Shown: positions 1-8,731 of the stretch, one piece after another
Layout: each line of letters opens with the position of its first letter
How positions within the stretch are numbered: position 1 is the stretch's first letter
Origin: Candidatus Moraniibacteriota bacterium
Lineage (GTDB): Bacteria; Patescibacteriota; Minisyncoccia; Moranbacterales; UBA1568
Assembly: GCA_052034935.1 (NCBI GenBank)
Contig: JBPOIB010000004.1
Coordinates: 9,896-73,895, forward strand
Length of the DNA stretch: 64,000 nucleotides
Reading direction: 5' to 3'
Translations under genes and position numbers: made by a program
Notes under the pieces: model-generated
Databases searched by the model: none
What the model was told of the DNA's origin: nothing
The model's input: the letters and a program-made list of their open reading frames with translations, nothing else

Positions 1-973
1 CGGTATCCCGAGCCACCACAAGCACGAACGGTCGCACAAGACGACTACCTGTATCACGAGCATAGATATCCAGAGCTACCTTGGTATCCTCATGGATGCG
101 CACACCGTCTTCCAGTTTTATGAGATCCAACTCTTTCGGGTCTCTCCTATACTGTTCAGGGTCAAAGTCACGCCGTGTAGCGACTGCCGGTTCTTTGATG
201 AAGCCGTCCTGCAAGGCTCGAGCCAGAGGATAATCGAAAACGACATTCTTGAATACAGTCCCCCTCGTATCAATCGGTGTCGCGGTTAATTCGAGTCCCA
301 ATATGGGCTTCAGCTCATTGATTGCCCGCAGTCCAGCGTCAGCCCGATAATGGTGCGATTCATCCATCAAGAGCACCAAGTCTGACAAGCCTGAAAGATA
401 GTTAAAATAAGACTCGCCGAGGTATTCCGAGAGCCGCTTGATCCGTGGCTCCCTCCCACCGCGTACTTCGGAATTAATCTTAGAGATATTAAAAATATTA
501 ATAAAGACCTTTTCTTCTCTTAAAAGCCCACCCGTAGCTACCGTTCCCTGACTATATGTATCACCAGTAACAATCACGGGTTTTTCTACGGCGAATTCGC
601 TAATCCCTCTAAAAACATATTTCGAGCTTTGCGTATTCGAAAGGTCATCGATGAGCTTGTTATAGATCGTAAGGTTCGGTGCCAAGACAAAGAAATTCTT
701 GATGCCCTTGACGATATAGAGATAGGAAATGAACGCGCCCATCAGTCGCGTTTTTCCAACACCCGTCGCCAGAGAAAAACAAACGGAAGGGAAATCTCGT
801 TCAAAATCAGCGCAAGTCGGGTAGAGCGTCCGCACTTTGGCAAGTTCGGCTACAGGATCAGCATTCTTTTTTAATTCCAAGATATCAGCCAGTTTCTCGA
901 GAATTTCCAAACTCTCTGCTTGTGGCTGACGGAGACTTAATCTGTTTTTTATCGCCTGAGCTTTAGCGTTCAT
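1..973 (-). CDS. res: Type III restriction enzyme Res subunit (helicase/endonuclease), C-terminally truncated by the window edge
   Basis: Own reverse translation from ATG at 973 gives MNAKAQAIKNRLSL..., with Walker A ATGVGKT and a DESHH (DExH) box. The start lies 6 bp downstream of the mod stop, consistent with a translationally coupled mod-res pair. The ORF runs off the window, so it is absent from the ORF track. Confidence 0.75.
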   Translation of the reverse strand, partial: MNAKAQAIKNRLSLRQPQAESLEILEKLADILELKKNADPVAELAKVRTLYPTCADFERDFPSVCFSLATGVGKTRLMGAFISYLYIVKGIKNFFVLAPNLTIYNKLIDDLSNTQSSKYVFRGISEFAVEKPVIVTGDTYSQGTVATGGLLREEKVFINIFNISKINSEVRGGREPRIKRLSEYLGESYFNYLSGLSDLVLLMDESHHYRADAGLRAINELKPILGLELTATPIDTRGTVFKNVVFDYPLARALQDGFIKEPAVATRRDFDPEQYRRDPKELDLIKLEDGVRIHEDTKVALDIYARDTGSRLVRPFVLVVARDT

Positions 974-979
974 AGTTTT

Positions 980-2671
980 TTATTCCACAATATCATTGGA
1001 TTCTTCCGCTTCCTCACTTGTGGATTGAATAATATTCAAATCATAATTATCCTCACCAAATTCACATCTCCCCAAGATCATCTGCGGGATTTTCTTGATA
1101 GTGATATTGTCGAAGCGGTTTTCGCATTCCGGTGCAAATGACTTGGCACAGATGAGTAGACTCTCACCGGCTTTCATTTCACTTTGGATCTTATCCAGCT
1201 GCTCGGCAGTAATGAAGCTGGTAGTAACGAAAACGAAGTCGGTTTCTGTTGATTTTCCGTGCTTCCAATACAACGCCTCGTCAGGGCAAAACACGAAGCC
1301 CTCATGCTTACACATCGCCGCGGCCAGCATATTGGCATTGTAGTTCTCATCGATTACGAAGTTGCCAAAAGAATCCTTTCGAAGCAAGCTTGGCGCGAGG
1401 TTGTAAAACTTGAATCCTCCCCCACCTTGCCAATTAATGGATTTTGAAATGCCAGAATTGTCCAAGCCATCAATAACAGATTTTAGACGCGGGATACAGT
1501 GCGTATTTGCATGTTCGCCCAATTCAATACCAATCCATTTTCTACTGAGTTTATTTGCTACTGATGCCGTGGTACCCGAACCCAAAAAACTGTCCAAAAC
1601 CCAATCACCGGGAGCTGTCGACATATCCAAAACTCTCTTGATTAGCAGTTCTGGTTTTTTACCATTCTTGAAATTAACATCTCCTTCAGGTGCAATTCCG
1701 GTCCACGAGATATCTGTCCATACATCTGTTATTACTTCGCCGGGCACTTTCACACCATCAACTTCTATAAGTCTTTTGTCATAAAAGAGAATTTGACCAC
1801 CATTCAAAATATAAAAATTAGACACATCCTCGTTTGGATGGACGAGGACTTTATCTTTTTCTGCAATAGATTTGTTTATTGTAACTTCACGTTTTATAGC
1901 AGCTCCGCCACCAATTGCTGCTGTTCGGAAAACATTGTCAGCATGCTTTATCGCATACTCAGCAACCTTACCATCGAAAGCTTCCTCAAGTTCCTTTTTT
2001 GCTTTCTTCGCACTTTCAAATCCTAATTCTTTAGCAACAATCTCATTAATCGAATCCCACTTCCATTCAGAATAAGGAGACTCTTTGTTTAACATCACTT
2101 TTGAATATGCTGTATCGTATCCCTTTTCAATCCAAACTTTTTCAATCGATTTGTTGGTTTTATTTTTTGCGTACACAAGTAAATAATTGCCTGTTTGAAA
2201 AATTGTTGATGCTGTTGCTTTAAATCCTGATGGATCATTTGTGGTCATGGAGATTGTATTGCAATAGTTGCTTCTACCAAACACCTGATCCAGCAAAACC
2301 TTAGCATAAGCCATCTCTGAGTCATCAAGATGCACAAAAAGAATTCCATTTGGCGACAACAGGCGATTAATTATCGCGAACCGCTCCCTCATTAAATTAA
2401 GCCAGATTGAATGTTCTACACCATCATCGTAATGCTCAAAAGCCGCACCAGTATTAAAAGGTGGATCAATATAGATGCACTTGATACGACCGGCGAAATC
2501 CTGTTCAAGAGCTTTGAGGGCGAGGAGATTGTCACCATGAATAAGCATATTTTCGCTCTCCGGATCGCCGTATGATTTGGACGAATCTTCGATGAGAATC
2601 CTCGGCTCGAGCTTCAATTCCTCGTCCTTCCCAATCCACGTCAATTCCAATTTTTGCTTCTTGTTACTCAT
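980..2671 (-). CDS. mod: Type III R-M Mod subunit, beta-class N6-adenine/N4-cytosine DNA methyltransferase
   Basis: 563 aa. Motif IV DPPF (IYIDPPFNTG) lies N-terminal to motif I FLGSGTT, the IV-to-I order typical of Mod and other beta-class MTases. Region GC is about 45%. Confidence 0.85.
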   Translation of the reverse strand: MSNKKQKLELTWIGKDEELKLEPRILIEDSSKSYGDPESENMLIHGDNLLALKALEQDFAGRIKCIYIDPPFNTGAAFEHYDDGVEHSIWLNLMRERFAIINRLLSPNGILFVHLDDSEMAYAKVLLDQVFGRSNYCNTISMTTNDPSGFKATASTIFQTGNYLLVYAKNKTNKSIEKVWIEKGYDTAYSKVMLNKESPYSEWKWDSINEIVAKELGFESAKKAKKELEEAFDGKVAEYAIKHADNVFRTAAIGGGAAIKREVTINKSIAEKDKVLVHPNEDVSNFYILNGGQILFYDKRLIEVDGVKVPGEVITDVWTDISWTGIAPEGDVNFKNGKKPELLIKRVLDMSTAPGDWVLDSFLGSGTTASVANKLSRKWIGIELGEHANTHCIPRLKSVIDGLDNSGISKSINWQGGGGFKFYNLAPSLLRKDSFGNFVIDENYNANMLAAAMCKHEGFVFCPDEALYWKHGKSTETDFVFVTTSFITAEQLDKIQSEMKAGESLLICAKSFAPECENRFDNITIKKIPQMILGRCEFGEDNYDLNIIQSTSEEAEESNDIVE

Positions 2672-2675
2672 AGTT

Positions 2676-5618
2676 TTATACGACTTTCCATCTGATAGTA
2701 AATAACGTCTTCAAAGTAGTTTTCTGTTTGAGTTGTGCCTCTACTCTCGCCAGCAAACCCTCTTTTTTCACGTCCACCTCATCTTGTGACTGATAGAGCT
2801 TCTGTCTCATATCGTTGCGCTTCTTCTCCAGGTCCTTGATTTCCCGTTGAAGCCTCACTTTTTCCGCTAAGTAAAGAACTTTCTTGGCATTCGTCTTCAT
2901 AGTCTTTATATCGATGTCGAGCTGTCGGAGTTCGATTTCTAAGCTTCTTTTCACATCCTCTGCCCATTTATTCAGCTTATCCATTTCATCTTCAAAAAAA
3001 TCGCCATTGCGGTCAGCAACATTCGCCGTCAAGATATTTATTTTCTCTGCTTCTTTTTCTTGGGTAACATCATTTTGTGTCTGTCCACTCAGATCATCTA
3101 CGTTAGCACTCAATAAAAAGAGTTTTCTGGCGACATCCTCCTCGATCAGCTCACCGTCGTCCTTGACTCCGGTTACCAGGATGCTATCTTCTATCTCAAA
3201 AGAATCAATGGTCACTTGCGACACCCGCAAAGTACCGGAATCTCCAACTAGTTCTTTGAGCGGTGAAATTATTTTCCCGTAGTGCGAGTAATCAAAGATA
3301 AGCTCAACGACCGGAAGATTCGCGCTTTTCACTTCGCTCAGAATGCGCTCCGCAAGCGGATGCCCAGGCCGATAAATATGAGCATCGTCGATGTTCTTGC
3401 CAATCTTGTAGGGACCCTCGGCGATATCTTCCCCAGGAAACGGATTAGTTTTCAATGTAAATGAGTACTCGTCTCCTGCATACAGAGCGTCATCACCCAG
3501 GAAATACTTGGAAATATCCCAAAGCATTTTTTCGTACGTCTCGAGATAAGCCCTGCTCTCCCGTAAGTTTATCTTCAATTTTTCGTGCACATCTTCGTCG
3601 AAGTTCTCCAAAAGCTTTTCTTTGGCGCCCTGCATCCCCTCCTGAATGGATGCACCCATATCCGTCTGCAGGGCATCGAAAGCTTGATTAATTTCCCCCT
3701 CAGTGCGACAAGACTGGTATATGGCTGCTATGCGCTTTTCAAAATCTACTCCTGATTCGATACTCCCGAGCACTTCATCGCTCGCTCCAAAAACACCTTT
3801 AAAAAGCTTGAATTTCTGGTCTAAGAGCTCGTATACCCGCTGATCGGCCGCATTCTTTCGATTCACAAAGTTTACCACTACCACATCGTGCTTTTGGCCA
3901 TAGCGGTGGCAACGTCCGATACGCTGCTCGATACGCTGAGGATTCCAAGGAAGGTCGTAATTGATAACCAGCGAACAGAATTGGAGGTTGATACCTTCAG
4001 CAGCTGCCTCTGTCGCAATCATGATTTCAGCATCAGATTTGAAGTAGTCTACCAATGCTGCTCGCAAATCAGCTGTTTTCGATCCGCTTATCTTGTCACC
4101 ATCCTGGTTCTTTTCAAGCCAATCCTTATAAATATCTTTCGATTTCTGATCATTGTTTGAACCATTGAAAAGCAGAATTTTTCCTTCGTACCCGCTCTCT
4201 GAAAGCAATCTCCAGAGATAGTCCTGAGTCACTCTCGATTCCGTAAAAATAACTGCTTTCTTCTGTGCTCCAAGAGTCGCTGTCATCTCGAATCCCTTCT
4301 CAAGGGCAATGAGCAAGGCCTCTCCTTTGGAATTCTTAAAAATAGCTTTCGCAAGGTCTCTGAATGCTTCCAGATCCTTTTTTTCAGCCTGAATACGAGG
4401 GATATCTTCGAGAGTGTACTTCTTCTTTTCTTTCCCTTCTTTTTCATCATCTATCTCTTCGTCATCAATCCACTCGTCTGCCGTATCCGAAAGAGCTTCA
4501 TAATTTTCTTCCAGCCCTGGGATAACCCCTTCATTCATGATGGCAGATTCTGCCCTAATTTCTTCCTCAAGTTTTTCCAGCTTATAAACAAGCCCCCCCA
4601 AAGTACTCGCAATCGCAAAAGAAGACGAGGCCAGGAGCTTGCGCAAAATGAGCGTCATGAGCTGACGCTGGCTGAAAGGCAACGCGTACAACTTCTCCCG
4701 TTGGAGGTACTCCGACATGCCGTCATACAGTTCGATTTCTTGTTCTGTTGGAACATAGTCCTGAGTAATCGGCTTGCGATCACGGTAGTTGATATATTCC
4801 AATACTTGTCGACGAAGCGTACGAATACATATCGGCTTCAGCCGGTTACGCAAATCAGCAAACATTTCTTGTCGAGGCTCAACAAGACCGAGCTCGTTTT
4901 CGTAAATATCTTGCTCCCGAGAAACCCGAGCGTAGTTTGCCTTAAAACTGCTCAAGTCGCCGAAAATATGATCATCAATAATGCTCGTAAGCCCATAAAG
5001 CTCAAGTAAAGAATTCTGAAGCGGAGTAGCCGTAAGTAACAACTTCGGGTATTCCTGAATAGCATCTTTGATTTCTCTGGCGATCTTATTGCTCGTTTTA
5101 TAAACATTTCGTAACCGATGGGCTTCATCGATAACCACCAGATCAAATGCCGTTTGTTTGATATAGGGAGACTTCGCTTTCGCAAAATGATACGAGCAGA
5201 TGGCGATAGCGTTCTCTTGGTTGAACGGGTTCAGATTCCCGTCTTTGACGATTTGATTGAACGACTTTGCTTCTAAAATTATTGATGGCAAAAAAAACTT
5301 CTCTTGAAGCTCAGAATTCCATTGCTTGCGCAAACTTGATGGCACGATCAAAAGAATACGACGTTTTCTTTCTGCCCACTTCTGTGAAAGCACCAGTCCA
5401 GCCTCAATGGTCTTTCCCAAACCGACCTCATCCGCCAAAATAGCACCCTTTGAAAGGGGTGATTTAAAAGCAAAAAGTGCTGCCTCAATCTGGTGAGGAT
5501 TAAGATCAACCTGAGCATTCGAAAGTGTCGAGGAAAGCTTCTCTAGGCTATCCGAAGAACACCGCTTCGTGAGCTCATGAGCGAAATATTTAGCGTGATA
5601 TGATGTAATTGTTTTCAT
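2676..5618 (-). CDS. SNF2-family (DEAH) helicase with a roughly 330-aa coiled-coil-rich C-terminal extension
   Basis: 980 aa. Motifs include LGKTIEAG (Walker A), DEAHRLRN and the SNF2 C-terminal helicase motif GRCHRYGQ. It sits 4 bp upstream of mod on the same strand. Confidence 0.85.
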   Translation of the reverse strand: MKTITSYHAKYFAHELTKRCSSDSLEKLSSTLSNAQVDLNPHQIEAALFAFKSPLSKGAILADEVGLGKTIEAGLVLSQKWAERKRRILLIVPSSLRKQWNSELQEKFFLPSIILEAKSFNQIVKDGNLNPFNQENAIAICSYHFAKAKSPYIKQTAFDLVVIDEAHRLRNVYKTSNKIAREIKDAIQEYPKLLLTATPLQNSLLELYGLTSIIDDHIFGDLSSFKANYARVSREQDIYENELGLVEPRQEMFADLRNRLKPICIRTLRRQVLEYINYRDRKPITQDYVPTEQEIELYDGMSEYLQREKLYALPFSQRQLMTLILRKLLASSSFAIASTLGGLVYKLEKLEEEIRAESAIMNEGVIPGLEENYEALSDTADEWIDDEEIDDEKEGKEKKKYTLEDIPRIQAEKKDLEAFRDLAKAIFKNSKGEALLIALEKGFEMTATLGAQKKAVIFTESRVTQDYLWRLLSESGYEGKILLFNGSNNDQKSKDIYKDWLEKNQDGDKISGSKTADLRAALVDYFKSDAEIMIATEAAAEGINLQFCSLVINYDLPWNPQRIEQRIGRCHRYGQKHDVVVVNFVNRKNAADQRVYELLDQKFKLFKGVFGASDEVLGSIESGVDFEKRIAAIYQSCRTEGEINQAFDALQTDMGASIQEGMQGAKEKLLENFDEDVHEKLKINLRESRAYLETYEKMLWDISKYFLGDDALYAGDEYSFTLKTNPFPGEDIAEGPYKIGKNIDDAHIYRPGHPLAERILSEVKSANLPVVELIFDYSHYGKIISPLKELVGDSGTLRVSQVTIDSFEIEDSILVTGVKDDGELIEEDVARKLFLLSANVDDLSGQTQNDVTQEKEAEKINILTANVADRNGDFFEDEMDKLNKWAEDVKRSLEIELRQLDIDIKTMKTNAKKVLYLAEKVRLQREIKDLEKKRNDMRQKLYQSQDEVDVKKEGLLARVEAQLKQKTTLKTLFTIRWKVV

Positions 5619-5800
5619 CCACTATTTTTTCCAGCCTTTATTCAAGCCTTTTTATTGTATACCAAAGCCAAGGAATCACCCTATTTCCCCCCTATTAGAT
5701 AACGCAAATATCTAACAGGGCAAGCTTTTACCCCATTTTCAAGCCACGGTACCACCCTTCCGAGGCTACGTGGTGAGCCACGACAGAGGAGCTTTTCGGG

Positions 5801-5840
5801 AAAAAGAAGGGGCAGGCTGAGGGAATCAGTCTGCCCGATA
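5801..5840 (-). terminator. Intrinsic terminator for the 5863..6306 gene
   Basis: On the minus strand the stem GGGCAG...CTGCCC is followed by CTTCTTTTT. Two further short hairpins lie between it and the stop codon. Confidence 0.5.
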
Positions 5841-5862
5841 CGAGGGGCGAGCGGTGCTCGCC

Positions 5863-6306
5863 CTACTGTGTCCGGAGATGGGAGTACTCCGGCGCCGTCA
5901 GGAGGAATTCATGGACGGCTTCGGCCACTTCCATCCCGACCAACCGGAATGAAGCCGGGATCGATTGATTGATCGAAGCGAGCTCGACGAGCTTTTCCTC
6001 GAGCCCGAAACAGCGGCTCATGACGGCCTGCACGGCCGGCGGCGTCTCGAGCGGCAAGTCAGAAAGGGCAATCTGGTGCAGCAGAGCCGCATGCTGATTG
6101 CAGGAAATGCGTTTCGCTTCGACGAGACAGTTGGCGTAGGCCGCGGCAAACATGGTCCCAAACGCGACGACGGGTCGGTCCTCGGGCGGGTCAGTCCAGA
6201 AATAGCCATGCCCCATGCAGCGCAGGCAGGTGACGAAACGGATCGAGCCAATCGGTCTGGGTTGGGTCGGATTCCGGCGCGGACGAAATCGCTGTGGCAG
6301 TCGCAT
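5863..6306 (-). CDS. Hypothetical protein, Arg/Pro-rich N-terminus with Cys cluster (CLRCMGHGYFW)
   Basis: 147-aa ORF with a GGAGG Shine-Dalgarno (SD) 9 nt upstream of ATG 6306 and a terminator downstream. GC is about 65%. Confidence 0.45.
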   Translation of the reverse strand: MRLPQRFRPRRNPTQPRPIGSIRFVTCLRCMGHGYFWTDPPEDRPVVAFGTMFAAAYANCLVEAKRISCNQHAALLHQIALSDLPLETPPAVQAVMSRCFGLEEKLVELASINQSIPASFRLVGMEVAEAVHEFLLTAPEYSHLRTQ

Positions 6307-6457
6307 GGTGAGGTCCTCCGAAAAGTACTGCTCTCATTCTACTCCATTCTCCTCCCCGCTCGGGATTGACGTTCCAGGGAGAAAATGCCATAGTTTCTCC
6401 ATCTATTGCCGCGTGGCAGTAGTTTTTTGTCCCTCCCCCACCACCGAAAGGACTTCC

Positions 6458-7090
6458 ATGCCCCGCCAACTCTTCGTCCCGACGTTCAACGGTTCCCTCG
6501 CGGACAGTGCAGTCGGACTCTCGGATTTCTTCCTCATCCGCGAGGAATCGGCCGTGCCCGTGGAAACGTTCACGATCATTGCCGACGGTGAGCGTTTCGC
6601 CTTCCCGGTCGAAGCCGGCCGGTACAAAACGGCGCTCTTCCTCTTGTACTGCGCGACGGTCTCTCGCAGCGGGACGCACTTCGCCTTCGCGCCGTTTTTC
6701 CAGAAGTACACCGCGGGCTACTACGGCCACCAGATCCTGGTCGATGCCGCGAGGAAGGGCACCGGGCACACTGCCGTCCGCCTGCTCATGAGCCGAGGAA
6801 CGATCGACGTCGAGCTCATGCTCCGCGCCGGCTACACCCTCCCCGAGAACAAGGGGCGCACTCTCCAGGAGTTGATCGAGTTCGGCTGGCAACGCTACCC
6901 GGACCTCGGCGCGGACACTCCCGCACCGCTCATCCGCCAGGCGGTGCGCGATTTCTTGGACGCGCTGCGCGATCACGCCCTGCCGGTGGTCGCGACCGAC
7001 AACCCGAACGTGTGGCCGAGCCAGATCTGGGTGGAGCGCACCCAGGCCATGGCCGAGCGACTGAATTCCGTCACCGCCATCGCTGCCTGA
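6458..7090 (+). CDS. Hypothetical protein (about 210 aa)
   Basis: Internal ATG at 6458 is preceded by AAAGGA. The ORF ends before a strong hairpin terminator. The antisense ORF 6191..7165 is judged a GC artefact. Confidence 0.5.
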   Translation: MPRQLFVPTFNGSLADSAVGLSDFFLIREESAVPVETFTIIADGERFAFPVEAGRYKTALFLLYCATVSRSGTHFAFAPFFQKYTAGYYGHQILVDAARKGTGHTAVRLLMSRGTIDVELMLRAGYTLPENKGRTLQELIEFGWQRYPDLGADTPAPLIRQAVRDFLDALRDHALPVVATDNPNVWPSQIWVERTQAMAERLNSVTAIAA

Positions 7091-7114
7091 ACCAAAACAG
7101 CTGCCACTGCCACC

Positions 7115-7150
7115 GGGCTCGAGAGAATCTCTCGAGCCCTCAATTTTTTC
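7115..7150 (+). terminator. Rho-independent terminator
   Basis: Perfect 12-bp inverted repeat GGGCTCGAGAGA/TCTCTCGAGCCC followed by TCAATTTTTT. Confidence 0.75.
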
Positions 7151-7230
7151 TACGTTTGATCTCAAAAAAAACGAGGTCGTCCGAAGATTTCGAACAACCT
7201 GTTGGGGCGGGCTATGGCCCGATGTTGGCG

Positions 7231-7608
7231 TCAGTGCGGACGGGTGCCAGGACTCGCTTCGCCCGAGCGGCGGGTGCGGTCACCGGTCATCCGGATGATG
7301 GCGACGACGCCTTCGCCGAGGGCCATGAGGTCATCGTCCAGTGCCGCCCGGCTGAGGGATGCCAGAGCGTCTTCTTCGAGCGCCGGGAGGCGGGCCGCGG
7401 CGATTGCCGGGGCGAGCGAGCGCGCCTGGGCATAGCTGATGCGCCGGCGCTTCATGAGGTTCACGATCATGCGGATCGCCCCCTCGGTCGAGATGACGGC
7501 TTCGGTCACTTCCTGGCCGTCGATCACGAAGCTCGCGTGACGGCGGCAATGGGGACACACCTGGAATTCGACCTTCTCGGGCCACTCAGGCTTGGTGGGA
7601 TTTCTCAT
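7231..7608 (-). CDS. Hypothetical small protein with an N-terminal Cys2-His/Cys zinc-ribbon-like motif (CPHCRRH)
   Basis: 125 aa. AGGAAGG SD is upstream of ATG 7608. A sigma70-like promoter lies about 70-100 nt upstream and the 5'UTR carries a hairpin (AGAGAGC-TTC-GCTCTCT at 7633-7649). Confidence 0.5.
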   Translation of the reverse strand: MRNPTKPEWPEKVEFQVCPHCRRHASFVIDGQEVTEAVISTEGAIRMIVNLMKRRRISYAQARSLAPAIAAARLPALEEDALASLSRAALDDDLMALGEGVVAIIRMTGDRTRRSGEASPGTRPH

Positions 7609-7680
7609 GCTGCGCTACCTTCCTCGGTGAATAGAGAGCTTCGCTCTCTGGTTGAAGAAACGGAAAGAACTACAAAGGGA

Positions 7681-7716
7681 ATTTTTATCAAGGAAAAGAG
7701 CAACTGTCAATCAGTG
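7681..7716 (-). promoter_or_regulatory. Sigma70-type promoter for the 7231..7608 gene
   Basis: Minus strand reads TTGACA, a 17-nt spacer, then TAAAAA. A copy of the 18-nt repeat TTCTCACGGGGTTGACCC (7733-7750) sits just upstream. Confidence 0.45.
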
Positions 7717-7846
7717 CTGCCACCATTTTTATTTCTCACGGGGTTGACCCCGGTTAGAAACTTCATGTCATTCTGGTTTGAGAGAGCCATTTTTCGAAAA
7801 ACAGATTCTTTTGATTCGTGAGCGGCGAGTAATCCACACTCTTTTT

Positions 7847-7886
7847 TTCTCACGGGGTTGACCCGTCATATTTGGTCCGGTATCAT
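7847..7886 (+). promoter_or_regulatory. Sigma70-type promoter built on the second copy of the 18-nt repeat
   Basis: -35 TTGACC (7858-7863), 17-nt spacer, -10 TATCAT (7881-7886). The -35 lies inside the second copy of TTCTCACGGGGTTGACCC (7847-7864). Confidence 0.45.
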
Positions 7887-7892
7887 TTAACA

Positions 7893-8087
7893 CCTGGGTG
7901 TGCGCACACTCAACCATAGTTCCTTTTTTCAATTGCTCGTGTGGGGTGGGACTTCTGATGACTGTTTTGATCAGTCGCCGAACGAGAGACTCTCTCGCAT
8001 GCGCCCACCCCAAGGGAGCATCCTCCGATTCGTCTCCCACTCACCCTTCCGCTGATTTGTTTCAGCGCGAAGGTTTTTTCTTTTTTC
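7893..8087 (+). ncRNA. Candidate small structured RNA (about 190 nt), function unknown
   Basis: Bounded by the promoter above and a plus-strand intrinsic terminator (CGCTGA-TTTGTT-TCAGCG, then GGTTTTTTCTTTTTT at 8056-8087). It contains a long-range stem TGGGGTGGG(7942-7950)/CCCACCCCA(8005-8013) enclosing GACTG...AGTC and GAGAGACTCTCTC hairpins. No convincing ORF; the GTG-initiated 84-aa frame crosses the terminator. Confidence 0.3.
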
Positions 8088-8703
8088 AGGATGCAATCGG
8101 CACCATGACTTCGTGGCGCGTGAGCCACGGCGGCGTCCCCGGCGCATTGTAACCAGCATAGACCGTTGAACCGGCCGGCTTCAAGCCATCAGTTGCGAGC
8201 CGTTCGAGGAGGATATGTTCTTTCGCTTTGATCCGCTCATCGCTCCGGAAGCCGCGGAAACGGAGGACAGCATACGTCGTCTCGGGTACGGTAATAATCG
8301 TCACACGCGGATCAACAGGAAACGGCAATGACTCGGGCACGATGTCCTTCGGCATGCCGAACGCGACGATGGTCTCCCCTTCGACGAAGGTCGCGGTGAA
8401 GGATTTCTCGGGAGCATAGCCACGCTCGCTCGTCGCCATGACCGGGGCCGTCATCGCAATCTTCACGTCTTTGGTATTGGCGCCGAAGATATAGCGCGCG
8501 ACGATCCGGAAACCCTCGATCAAAGCGCGGCTCCCGAGTCCGGGAATCTTGGTCTCGGCCACGACGCGCACCGGATAGCGCCGGACTTCATAGTCGGCTA
8601 CTTTCCGTACGACGCGATACTCGGCCTGCTCGACACGCGAAGAAACATACCCCCAGGCGCTCCACAAAATGAGCACCGCACCGAGCGAGAGGAGAACGAA
8701 CAT
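8086..8703 (-). CDS. SOUL/HBP-family haem-binding protein with N-terminal membrane anchor or signal
   Basis: N-terminal TM segment (MFVLLSLGAVLILWSAW), then AEYRVVRKVADYEVRRYPVRVVAE resembling the SOUL domain start (YEV..YE.R.Y). Confidence 0.55.
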   Translation of the reverse strand: MFVLLSLGAVLILWSAWGYVSSRVEQAEYRVVRKVADYEVRRYPVRVVAETKIPGLGSRALIEGFRIVARYIFGANTKDVKIAMTAPVMATSERGYAPEKSFTATFVEGETIVAFGMPKDIVPESLPFPVDPRVTIITVPETTYAVLRFRGFRSDERIKAKEHILLERLATDGLKPAGSTVYAGYNAPGTPPWLTRHEVMVPIAS

Positions 8704-8731
8704 AGTTTGTATTTTGATTCGACTTGATCGA

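Noticed and set aside
6191-7165. 324-aa minus-strand ORF covering the 6458..7090 gene
   Set aside because: Antisense to a gene that has an SD and a perfect downstream terminator. At about 65% GC long stop-free antisense frames are expected by chance. The product is Arg/Gly/Ala low-complexity with no motifs.
7733-7772. First copy of the TTGACC repeat as a plus-strand promoter
   Set aside because: The downstream -10 candidate (GTCATT) is poor and the region is the upstream control region of the minus-strand gene. The repeat more likely acts as an upstream regulator-binding site there.
7898-8152. 84-aa GTG-initiated ORF in the putative sRNA region
   Set aside because: No SD. It reads through an intrinsic terminator and into the convergent SOUL gene. 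A non-coding interpretation is favoured.
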